From an uncultured Acidobacteriaceae bacterium (GTDB lineage Bacteria; Acidobacteriota; Terriglobia; Terriglobales; Acidobacteriaceae): 64,000 nucleotides of DNA. The DNA lies in NCBI GenBank assembly GCA_963771965.1, contig CAVYVM010000003.1, positions 43,381-107,380 on the forward strand, in the 5' to 3' direction. Position 1 is the stretch's first letter, and each line of letters starts with the position of its first letter. This document shows, piece by piece, positions 39,019-47,302 of the stretch. The position numbers and the translations under genes are program-made. Under the pieces are notes generated by a model, which did no database searches, was not told where the DNA came from, and was given only the letters and a program-made list of their open reading frames with translations.

Positions 39019-40593
39019 GTGGACACAATGATTGACACGCAAGCGCCTCCAAACTCAGAACGCAACAACTCGGCATGGCGTCATGAACGGGACTATAAGG
39101 TTGTCCACTTAGGCGATCGGTCGGCACTGTTCTTGACTGGCAACCATCGGATATTCCTAACGTCAGCAGATCTCGGCAAGCGTCTTGAAAACGGACTGGA
39201 TCAAATGACCGGAGAGGAAGCGCAGGAGTGGTCAACCCTGGAACAGAACGGGTTGCTGACAGATGTACATCGCGAACGTCTGGCCGCATCCACTTACGAA
39301 GACGGCGCCAACCTGGCGCTTAACATCAATCTGACTGGCACCTGCAACTTAGCCTGCACGTACTGTTTTGCCGATGGAGGCGATTACGGGCGCATTTACA
39401 AAAAGATGGAAATCCACACGGTTGATTACATTTTCGAGTTCATTCGCAAGCATGTCACTAAGTCGAGGAGGGTTCGCTTTGAATTCTTTGGCGGCGAGCC
39501 CCTTTTGAACTTTCCAATCATTAAAGAGGTATGTGAACGTAGCGACCGCGTGGCAGAAGAGACCGGTATTCAGTTTATCAATCGAATCTCAACCAACCTT
39601 ACGGTAATGCCCGCCGGCACAATTGAGTTATTCCACGCGAAACACTTCATCGTCTCAGTATCGATTGACGGTGGCGCCGATACGCACAATCAGAATCGGC
39701 CCACAAAAGGAGGCAAGGACTCCTTTGCGGGAATTATTGAGAACTGCAAGAAGGTGAGAGAGCGTGGCGACGCTGTGACCATGGTTGCCCGCATGACGGT
39801 GGTTTCGGATGAGCCTCCGCTGATTGAAAATGTGATGCAGCTGTATCAGCTCAACATTTTCGACTACTTTCAGATCTATCCTGCGGTCACTGCGCCGGGT
39901 ACGGGCGGATGCGGCGGACAGCCAAAGCTGGTGCAGTTAGCGTCTTCCGAAGCGCCGCCGAAACCTGACGGCCCCACGATGAACGGAGGCTTTCTCAATC
40001 AACTCGCGGAGTTTGTAAAAATCTATCCAAGTCTGTTCAACAGTGGAAATCGCTTTCGAGGGGTCCTGGAATACGAGCGCATCGCCGAGATGTTGCTCGA
40101 TGGCAAGATGGCGCTGGGGTTCTGCGGTGGCGGCGGTACCTACTTCACGTTTTCTCCAGACGACTCCATCATGCCCTGCCATCGAATGGTGGGTGATACG
40201 CAGTTTCAAGTGGGCTCGGGCGCTACGGGTCTAAGCGGAGACACTCGCGACTGGACCCTGCCCGTCGACGCCCACCCTATTTGCTCAAATTGCTGGGCCC
40301 GGTATGTCTGCGGGGGCAATTGCAGGCAGGAGAACTTCCTGGCCAGCGGTACGCTTCGCGGTCTTAACGAAGAAACCTGCCGCTATCAGCAACAACTTTT
40401 AGAGAAAGTGATCTTCCATTTGGGACTAGCTCCCGCGCAATATCTGCATTCAACCCGGGACTTGGAAGATATGTTTGTTTCCTGCGGGCGTCCGGTAATG
40501 AATAACCTGCGTCAAGGAGTCGAATCGAAGGCGACAAATCTCCGTTACTTCCAGTTGCTGACATCGGCGCAGCCTGAAATGCAAACCGCGTAA
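39019..40593 (+). CDS. radical SAM / SPASM-domain maturase-like enzyme
   Basis: CNLACTYC (CX3CX2C), FFGGEPLL, C-terminal auxiliary-cluster Cys pattern (CGGGG...MPCH...CSNCWARYVCGGNC...C). The ~100-aa N-terminal extension lies before the core. The likely start is the ATG at 39028. Confidence 0.85.
   Translation: MDTMIDTQAPPNSERNNSAWRHERDYKVVHLGDRSALFLTGNHRIFLTSADLGKRLENGLDQMTGEEAQEWSTLEQNGLLTDVHRERLAASTYEDGANLALNINLTGTCNLACTYCFADGGDYGRIYKKMEIHTVDYIFEFIRKHVTKSRRVRFEFFGGEPLLNFPIIKEVCERSDRVAEETGIQFINRISTNLTVMPAGTIELFHAKHFIVSVSIDGGADTHNQNRPTKGGKDSFAGIIENCKKVRERGDAVTMVARMTVVSDEPPLIENVMQLYQLNIFDYFQIYPAVTAPGTGGCGGQPKLVQLASSEAPPKPDGPTMNGGFLNQLAEFVKIYPSLFNSGNRFRGVLEYERIAEMLLDGKMALGFCGGGGTYFTFSPDDSIMPCHRMVGDTQFQVGSGATGLSGDTRDWTLPVDAHPICSNCWARYVCGGNCRQENFLASGTLRGLNEETCRYQQQLLEKVIFHLGLAPAQYLHSTRDLEDMFVSCGRPVMNNLRQGVESKATNLRYFQLLTSAQPEMQTA
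39343..39366 (+). other. CX3CX2C radical-SAM cluster motif (CNLACTYC)
   Basis: Read directly from the translation. Confidence 0.9.
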
Positions 40594-40618
40594 TGATCAA
40601 TATTCGAGGAGAACGTTT

Positions 40619-41920
40619 ATGGGTGACTTAGCGAAAGTTCGCCGCAATATTCATACTTACCCCTTTAAGTATCGGCATATCCCTGAAGATGATTTCTTTG
40701 CACTGGAAAAAGGGTCCATTTATATCCACATACCGTTCTGTAGCACCAAGTGCTACTTCTGCGATTACACCGTGTACACAGACAAGACTGCGGGTGTGCG
40801 CGCCCAGTACGTGGATGCACTCTGCAAGGAAATCGCGCGGTTCTCTGAGGACCGCACCTTCCCCGCGTTCGAAATCGAAGCGATTTACTTGGGGGGCGGA
40901 ACGCCTGGGCTTCTGACTGGCGATCAGTTTGAGAAGATCCTTACCACCTGCCGCGATAACTATCAGCTCACATCAGACTGCGAAGTCTGCGCGGAATTCG
41001 ATCCTGCGTCCGTCGAATACGAAAAGGTGCAACAGATGCTCGAGGCAGGGTACACGCGACTTAGTATGGGCGTGCAGTGCTTCGACGACGACATCCTGCG
41101 ACAAGCGAACCGTCCTCATAACCTTGAGTCGGTCTATTCGGGATACGAAGCTATGCGCAAAGCGGGATGCAAGCATCTGAACGTCGATCTTATTTATCCC
41201 ATGCCTAACCTCACGCAGGAAATATGGCAAACCTCCGTCCAGAAGGCGATCGCCCTCAAGCCCGACTGCATTACTGCTTACGGACTGGAAGTCTGGCCTG
41301 GGACGGCTTATTACAACTGGCTCAAGAAAGGAAAAATCACGCTACCAGACGGAGATTCGGAAGTGAAGATGTACAAGTACGCGGTTGACGAACTTGAGGC
41401 TGCCGGCTTCGTACCCCGCAGCAATAGCGGCTACTACCATCCTGAGCGCACACCAAAATATTGTCGATTCCTGGACTTCTATTGGCGCACTTGGCCCATG
41501 ATCGGCTTCGGCGTTTCCTCCAAAACTGTCATTCACAACCGCTTGTGGACGAATATCAAGCCGCTCAATGAGTACATCGATCGCGTCGAAAAAGGCGACT
41601 TGGTGATGGATTTCGCAACATTCATGTCCAAGGACACGGAAATGAGGCGAGTAATGATTCGCGGTCTCAAGATGTGCGAGGTTGCAAAAGAAGATTTTGC
41701 AGAGCGGTTTGGAATTCCAATGGAACGTGTGTTTGCTTCTGAAATCCAGAGCCTTGTGGATGATGGTCTTGCAGTAGATGAGCCGGAACGGGTCATTCTG
41801 ACCAAAAAAGGCAGGACCTATGGAACCAACGTATACGAGCGGTTCTATACCAAGGAAGACCTTCGCGCGCCGAACCCCGGCGAAGTGCAATTCGGAATCT
41901 CAATGCTTGTTTTGAACTGA
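40619..41920 (+). CDS. radical SAM enzyme, HemN/HemW-like (class C family)
   Basis: YIHIPFCSTKCYFCDY (CX3CX2C with the HemN-type context), GGGTPG, and an RLSMGVQCFDD-like region. Confidence 0.85.
   Translation: MGDLAKVRRNIHTYPFKYRHIPEDDFFALEKGSIYIHIPFCSTKCYFCDYTVYTDKTAGVRAQYVDALCKEIARFSEDRTFPAFEIEAIYLGGGTPGLLTGDQFEKILTTCRDNYQLTSDCEVCAEFDPASVEYEKVQQMLEAGYTRLSMGVQCFDDDILRQANRPHNLESVYSGYEAMRKAGCKHLNVDLIYPMPNLTQEIWQTSVQKAIALKPDCITAYGLEVWPGTAYYNWLKKGKITLPDGDSEVKMYKYAVDELEAAGFVPRSNSGYYHPERTPKYCRFLDFYWRTWPMIGFGVSSKTVIHNRLWTNIKPLNEYIDRVEKGDLVMDFATFMSKDTEMRRVMIRGLKMCEVAKEDFAERFGIPMERVFASEIQSLVDDGLAVDEPERVILTKKGRTYGTNVYERFYTKEDLRAPNPGEVQFGISMLVLN
40739..40762 (+). other. CX3CX2C radical-SAM cluster motif (CSTKCYFC)
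   Basis: Read directly from the translation. Confidence 0.9.
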
Positions 41921-41940
41921 CGCGCGGGGAGACTCGACCA

Positions 41941-42657
41941 ATGTTGATGTACGGATGGATGAAATTTGTCGAATTGGCGCCTGAACGCTATGACTGGGCT
42001 GTGAGGCTCATGACGGCGGGAAGGTTGGATCGACTGAAGGACCGCATTGCCAGCATGGTCAACGCCAATGACCGGGTTCTCGACATTGGGTGCGGTACCG
42101 GGACCCTGGCTTTGCGGATGCTGCGTCGAGGAGCGAATGTCACAGGGCTGGACATGTCTGAGCACATGCTCGGAGTAGCGCGCAAATATGCAGATGGCGA
42201 AGGACTAGGTTCCCGGCTTGTGCTCATCAAAGACAGTGTGACCCAGCTTAGCAAACATGCCCAGCCGGGCAGCTTCGACTGCATCGTGTGCACCATGGTT
42301 TTGGGCGAGCTAAGTTCCGAGTACGTGAAGTTTGTCTTTGACGAATGTTTCAACTTGTTGCGGCCCGGAGGGCGTTTGCTGATTGGGGACGAAGTGTGGC
42401 CGGAAAATCCTTTCATGCACGCCATTTACCGAGCCATGCTCGTCGTGTCGTGGATCCCACAGTTTCTCCTTCTCCGCCGGGTGAACTATCCAGTCAGCGA
42501 CATGCGGCGGCTTGTTCAGGATGCGGGTTTCAAAATCAATCACGTTGAAAACTGGCTTATGACTTCTTTCAGCCTCATCGCAGCAACAAAATCTGAGGAC
42601 CTAAAAGCGAACAGTCCAAGCTTCTCTAGCATCGAGCAGATGCAATGGGTGCAATAG
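41941..42657 (+). CDS. class I SAM-dependent methyltransferase
   Basis: VLDIGCGTGTL motif I and LRPGGRLLIGD post-II region. Confidence 0.8.
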   Translation: MLMYGWMKFVELAPERYDWAVRLMTAGRLDRLKDRIASMVNANDRVLDIGCGTGTLALRMLRRGANVTGLDMSEHMLGVARKYADGEGLGSRLVLIKDSVTQLSKHAQPGSFDCIVCTMVLGELSSEYVKFVFDECFNLLRPGGRLLIGDEVWPENPFMHAIYRAMLVVSWIPQFLLLRRVNYPVSDMRRLVQDAGFKINHVENWLMTSFSLIAATKSEDLKANSPSFSSIEQMQWVQ

Positions 42658-42663
42658 AAGGGG

Positions 42664-43908
42664 TTGCTCATGGGGCGACTAAGTGGGTTCTTGTGGGAAA
42701 CATTCCACACTTTCTTCAGAAACTTCAATTTCCCGTGTGAACTTGGATTGATTCGAGTAGGCAATCCAACGGTCGATTCCCCTGTATTCGTAAGTGGAAA
42801 CTACAGTCTTGTGGTTGAGAGATTGTTACGCGTGCTGCAGGGTACGGACTGCTATTTGCTCGTAGCCAATTCTCGCGGCTCCAACGTTTGGTGTGCGGCG
42901 GGGATGAATGAATATACCGAACACGACATTGTGGATGCCATCAATGTCAGCCACTTATCCAAGATAGTCCGTCATAGGCAAATTATCGCTCCGCCCTATG
43001 CCGCCCCCGGAGTTGACATTCGTGCCATCAAGCGCGAAACCGGATTTCACATTAAATGGGGGCCCACACATCTCGACGACATCCCGGCATACATCAAGCA
43101 CGGCTACAAACGAAGCAACGAGATGGTCCAGGTGCAATTTGGGTTTCGCGACCGCCTGGAGCAGGCGCTCGCGAACACCTGCACCTATTCTCTGACGATT
43201 GCGATCGGGTTGCTGTTCTTTCCAAAATTTATTCTGGGACTGATGGCCCTGATCGCGACCGGGCACCTGCTCTGGTTTTGCGGCTGGAACTGGCTTCCGG
43301 AAGAGCGTTACTGGCGGCGTACCGCGACCGTTGCCGCCATCATGATGCTGCTCGTGGCCGGCTTCGGAAATTTGCGAGGTTGGTCAGCGTCGCAGTTTGC
43401 GATTTGGCTCGTTACTACATTCATCCTGGTTGTGGTAATGGGAATCGACGGATGCGGCAGCTCCGCCGTCTACAAGACCACCGCGGTGCATTGGATCACC
43501 AAGGGTAACTACGACAGCCTGTTCGATCCGGTCATCGATCCCGAGAGGTGCACAAATTGCATGCAGTGCGTCCTCGTATGCCCTATGAACGTGTTCGCGG
43601 CCAAAAGGACCGGCGACTATAAGGTGGTCGCCGTACATCCGGACAATTGCATCGATTGTATGGCCTGCGTGAAGCAGTGCGACGACGACGCGTTTTTCAA
43701 TCGCTCCACGGAATTTAAGGGCGACGTTAAGAGTGTTCCGAACCTAGCGGTAATAATGACCCGCGACTGGTCGCACTTGAAGGACGAAGATCGCTGGCTA
43801 AACCATCCGACAACTTTACGAAACGGGCTTCCAGTCTTGGACACGTCTTGCAACGGTAAGGCCACGCAAACAGCGGAGCAGACTCATGGATCGGTTGCTT
43901 TTTCCTAA
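42664..43908 (+). CDS. fused HgcA-like corrinoid protein / transmembrane domain / HgcB-like 2x[4Fe-4S] ferredoxin
   Basis: N-terminal CdhD/CFeSP-like domain with cap-helix motif GSNVWCAAGM (HgcA consensus N(V/I)WCA(A/G)GK), plus DSPV..NY, HR..I.P...APGV, TGF...GP. About 4 TM helices at residues ~173-262. Ferredoxin motifs CTNCMQCVLVCP and CIDCMACVKQC. Confidence 0.7.
   Translation: MLMGRLSGFLWETFHTFFRNFNFPCELGLIRVGNPTVDSPVFVSGNYSLVVERLLRVLQGTDCYLLVANSRGSNVWCAAGMNEYTEHDIVDAINVSHLSKIVRHRQIIAPPYAAPGVDIRAIKRETGFHIKWGPTHLDDIPAYIKHGYKRSNEMVQVQFGFRDRLEQALANTCTYSLTIAIGLLFFPKFILGLMALIATGHLLWFCGWNWLPEERYWRRTATVAAIMMLLVAGFGNLRGWSASQFAIWLVTTFILVVVMGIDGCGSSAVYKTTAVHWITKGNYDSLFDPVIDPERCTNCMQCVLVCPMNVFAAKRTGDYKVVAVHPDNCIDCMACVKQCDDDAFFNRSTEFKGDVKSVPNLAVIMTRDWSHLKDEDRWLNHPTTLRNGLPVLDTSCNGKATQTAEQTHGSVAFS
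42883..42903 (+). other. HgcA-type cap-helix motif NVWCAAG (Cys77 codon at 42892-42894)
   Basis: aac gtt tgg tgt gcg gcg ggg, read directly from the sequence. Confidence 0.85.
43549..43683 (+). other. two CX2CX2CX3C [4Fe-4S] ferredoxin motifs (HgcB-like module)
   Basis: CTNCMQCVLVCP ... CIDCMACVKQC. Confidence 0.85.
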
Positions 43909-44758
43909 TAGCTTCGGGCTTTCGCACCAGGGCTTCGAGATCGAAGTCGTCCCGGAGGGTTGCCGGCGATACCCCGAGCTGCTCGAAAGCATTCAGGAGC
44001 AGGTCTTACGGATCGCAACCTTCTCTCGTGGCTGGGATGAACAGAGTCTGGACCACATGCGGACCTATTTCAAGTTGGGTCCACTCTACGAGGCAAACTC
44101 TTTAGTGCTGATCAAAAAAAACGACACGCTGGTGGGATTGGTTGGTAGCGTGAATGATTGGCGTGTCGATGGGCGTTCCTTGATCCATCTTTGCAGCCTG
44201 GGATTGCTGCCGTCGGCCCAGCGGCGTGGATTTCTGCCGGTTCTGCTCGGAATCCTTTGGACCATTACATTACGCCGGCCAGAGATTAACGAAGATTTTC
44301 GTCAGGGTCGGAGTTATATCTCCGCTATCACGCAGAGCCCCTACCTTTATGCCGCATTGCATAAGTTGTTCGATCTCTATCCTTCTCCAGACCATTCGGT
44401 TGTTCCCGCAGAGGTGCGCGACCTGGCCCATGCGGTAGTGGATCGCTTTGACGAAGAACTGCAGTTGGAGGAGGAAACGTTGACGCTGAGAAACGAATGC
44501 CGATTTTTTTATCAGAAGACGCCTTACAGTACCAGCCGGGAGTTGAACTCGTTCTGTGACCAAAACCTTAACTATCGCAACGGGGATGTCTTTGTACTGA
44601 TAGGTCGAGTAATTCAAGAACGAGTGGAACAGTATATCGAGTTTGTTGCGAACACACATTCCGACCTATATCTCCGTTTCTGCGTGGCCCTTGAAGAACA
44701 TGGTTATAAGGACATTCGTCAGACGAATATGACCGTGGGGATTGCATCCCGTGGCTAA
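43886..44758 (+). CDS. hypothetical protein, possibly GNAT-fold acyltransferase
   Basis: Overlaps the upstream stop by 23 nt. A LVGLVGS...LCSLGLLPSAQRRGFLPVLL segment resembles the GNAT beta4-alpha3 CoA site. Weak call. Confidence 0.4.
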   Translation: MDRLLFPNSFGLSHQGFEIEVVPEGCRRYPELLESIQEQVLRIATFSRGWDEQSLDHMRTYFKLGPLYEANSLVLIKKNDTLVGLVGSVNDWRVDGRSLIHLCSLGLLPSAQRRGFLPVLLGILWTITLRRPEINEDFRQGRSYISAITQSPYLYAALHKLFDLYPSPDHSVVPAEVRDLAHAVVDRFDEELQLEEETLTLRNECRFFYQKTPYSTSRELNSFCDQNLNYRNGDVFVLIGRVIQERVEQYIEFVANTHSDLYLRFCVALEEHGYKDIRQTNMTVGIASRG

Positions 44759-46478
44759 AAGCAAAGATCTCTATACCCTTTGTTATTCGCGAAACATTGG
44801 AATCCTTACCGAAAAGGAACAGCAGCGTCTTGGCCAGGCGGCGGTCGCCATAGCCGGGATGGGCGGCATTGGCAGCAATACTGCGGTGTTACTGGCACGG
44901 ATGGGGGTCAGCAAATTCCGGCTCGCCGATTTCGATACGTTCGAATATGCCAACGTGAACCGCCAATACGGAGCGTTTCTTGACACCATCGGTCACCCAA
45001 AAGTTGCGGTCATGGAAAAAGAGCTGCGACGGATTAACCCGAAGGCTGAAGTTACAGTTGAGACCGGAGGGTTCACCGCCGATAACGCTGAACGATTTCT
45101 AACTGGGGTTGACTTAGTCATCGATGCTATCGATTTTTACTCCATCGAAGCACACCTGGAACTGCATCGCCAGGCCCGTAAACGAGGGCTCTACGTGTTC
45201 ATGGGATCTCCCGTTGGTTTTAGCGCTTGTCTTCAGATCTTTGATCCCGAAGGCATGAGCCTGGAAGAGTATTGCGGAATTGAGCCGGGCATGATGGGGC
45301 TGGAAAAACAATTACGTTATGCGTGCGGAGTAGTGCCGAATTTGGCCCACATCGATTACTTCGACGTGTCGCAGGGACCCTCGAACACAAACTTCCTAAA
45401 GAAGACCGGCCCATCGCTGGCTTGCGCGACAACCCTCGCCGCATCGCTGGTAGCAAGCGAGGTCGCGATCATGCTGGCGAGCCGCCGCAAGCCAAAAGCC
45501 ATTCCGTACACTTTTCAATTTGATCCTTATACCTTTCGCTACGAAAAGGTATGGCTTGAAAAAGGAATGGCGAGCTTCGATGTAGACCGCGCTTTAAGCC
45601 GCCTTCAGGATCGATCCTCTTTAATTCCTCTGGTCTTGAAGTACCTCTACAAGCGCCGGAAAACACATCGTGCAAAGGTGAACGGCGCGGAGCTCTACTA
45701 CGAAATGGAGGGCGAGGGCGATAATCTGCTGCTCATCGGCCCGCTTGGCGCTGACTCAAGTTTCTGGGCGCGGCAGGTACAGCAACTGGCCCAGCATTTC
45801 CGAGTGATCACTTTCGACAGCCGTGGCACAGGGTTCTCCACTGCGTGCAAACAAAGCCACTCCACCGTCGAGATTGCAGAGGATGCAATCGCCCTTCTGA
45901 AAAAACTTGGCATACGACGTACCCATGTGGTTGGACTCGCTTTAGGAGGCCTGGTTGCCCAACACATCGCCGTACTTCAGCCATCTCTTGTCGACCAGTT
46001 AGCGCTCGTATCCACCTATGCCAAGGCTGATGAGGTTATTAGTGCAACCGTGTCAGGCTGGCAGCAGATCGCGTCGAGGCAGGGCATGGACGAGTTATTT
46101 GACGCCTCCGTGGAATCGCTGTTTTCAAGTGAGTATGTGCAAAGCGCGAACGGCGAAATCGACAAGCTCCGCACGTTCTTTCATTTGAACCTGCAGGACC
46201 CAATGAATTTTATCTATCAGAGTACCGCAGGAATTCTTCATGATTCCAGGGGCCTGCTATCGAAGATCGCATGCCCCACCCTGGTATTGCATGGTGGAGC
46301 GGATCGCGTCGTCGACCTGTCTCATGGAAAGGAATTGGCTGCGGGCATTCGGAGTTCAAGGCTTGAAGTGATGGAACGAGCGTCGCACTTTATGAATTGG
46401 GAGCGCCCGGAAGGCTTCAACGAGACAGTCTTTCAATTCCTCACAGCCTCACCGGAAGTCTCGCAGCGTTCAGCATGA
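44742..46478 (+). CDS. ThiF/MoeB/E1-like adenylyltransferase fused to alpha/beta hydrolase
   Basis: N-terminus: VAIAGMGGIGSNTAVLLARMGV (GxGxxG Rossmann) ...DFD....NVNRQ. C-terminus: FDSRGTGFS and LGGLVAQ (nucleophile-elbow-like), LHGGADRVV, ASHFMNWERPE. The start codon is uncertain (TTG at 44742 or GTG at 44751). Confidence 0.75.
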   Translation: MHPVAKSKDLYTLCYSRNIGILTEKEQQRLGQAAVAIAGMGGIGSNTAVLLARMGVSKFRLADFDTFEYANVNRQYGAFLDTIGHPKVAVMEKELRRINPKAEVTVETGGFTADNAERFLTGVDLVIDAIDFYSIEAHLELHRQARKRGLYVFMGSPVGFSACLQIFDPEGMSLEEYCGIEPGMMGLEKQLRYACGVVPNLAHIDYFDVSQGPSNTNFLKKTGPSLACATTLAASLVASEVAIMLASRRKPKAIPYTFQFDPYTFRYEKVWLEKGMASFDVDRALSRLQDRSSLIPLVLKYLYKRRKTHRAKVNGAELYYEMEGEGDNLLLIGPLGADSSFWARQVQQLAQHFRVITFDSRGTGFSTACKQSHSTVEIAEDAIALLKKLGIRRTHVVGLALGGLVAQHIAVLQPSLVDQLALVSTYAKADEVISATVSGWQQIASRQGMDELFDASVESLFSSEYVQSANGEIDKLRTFFHLNLQDPMNFIYQSTAGILHDSRGLLSKIACPTLVLHGGADRVVDLSHGKELAAGIRSSRLEVMERASHFMNWERPEGFNETVFQFLTASPEVSQRSA

Positions 46479-46537
46479 CTTTCGAACGGCGTGGCTGGTG
46501 GAAGGACGACCCAGGTTGAACCGCAGGAGTAACTGCA

Positions 46538-47281
46538 ATGAAGAAAGATAACGATGACAACCACGCAATCGAAAAGCGCTCTCAGCCGCGTTGGCGCAAG
46601 TATAGCTCTAAGATCTTTTCCTGGTTCAACAAGGAACAATATGAGCTCTATCTGGCGGGGTGCGTGGCGTTTTCATTCGGGGCGAATGCGTTTATTGCCT
46701 CACATCTCGGTACGGACCCCCTGGACGTCTTTTCTCTAGGCCTGAAGAAGCATATGCCTATGACCATTGGCATAGCGCAGGGAGGGTTTGCGGCTTTGTG
46801 CCTGGTGGTGTGGGGCATATGGAATAGAAGAAGACCTCCGCTCTCTCCTTTTTTTACTTTCTTCTTTTGTGGTTCCTTGATTGATCTCTGGATGTGGAGT
46901 GGCATTGCTAATCAACTGCGATTAGGCCCCTATCTTCTGCTCGTGCTGGGCGTGATGCTCTGTGGAATAGGATCGGCACTGATCATCATGAGCGGCATCG
47001 GAATTCGAGCCATGGATCTCGTTGCCATCACGATGTACGAAAGGCTCGGCCAGCCATTCTGGCTGTGTAAAGGAATACTGGAAGTGATGTTGCTCGTGTC
47101 TGGATGGCTGATGGGGGGACCCGTAGGAATCGGAACAGTCGCGTTCCTGGGGGTTGTCGGGTGGTCGATCCAACCTATGATGTGGTTTGGCGGGCGCTAC
47201 TTTAGCCTGCCAAACTATGGTCTACGGCCTACCTCAGCCGCGCCTGACCGACTGGCGAATCAACAAGTGTACGGGCAATAG
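46538..47281 (+). CDS. integral membrane protein (YczE/YitT-like)
   Basis: About 6 hydrophobic segments. A GTDPLDVFSLGL-like motif resembles the YczE family. Moderate confidence. Confidence 0.55.
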   Translation: MKKDNDDNHAIEKRSQPRWRKYSSKIFSWFNKEQYELYLAGCVAFSFGANAFIASHLGTDPLDVFSLGLKKHMPMTIGIAQGGFAALCLVVWGIWNRRRPPLSPFFTFFFCGSLIDLWMWSGIANQLRLGPYLLLVLGVMLCGIGSALIIMSGIGIRAMDLVAITMYERLGQPFWLCKGILEVMLLVSGWLMGGPVGIGTVAFLGVVGWSIQPMMWFGGRYFSLPNYGLRPTSAAPDRLANQQVYGQ

Positions 47282-47302
47282 GGCACAGGCAGTGAGGGGA
47301 AT

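Noticed and set aside
42664-43908. Calling this gene a bona fide hgcAB mercury-methylation locus.
   Set aside because: The two functions are fused into one polypeptide, and the signature lysine after WCAAG is replaced by Met. The HgcB-type C-terminal Cys pair is not evident, and the context is biosynthetic. It is treated as HgcAB-like with unknown substrate.
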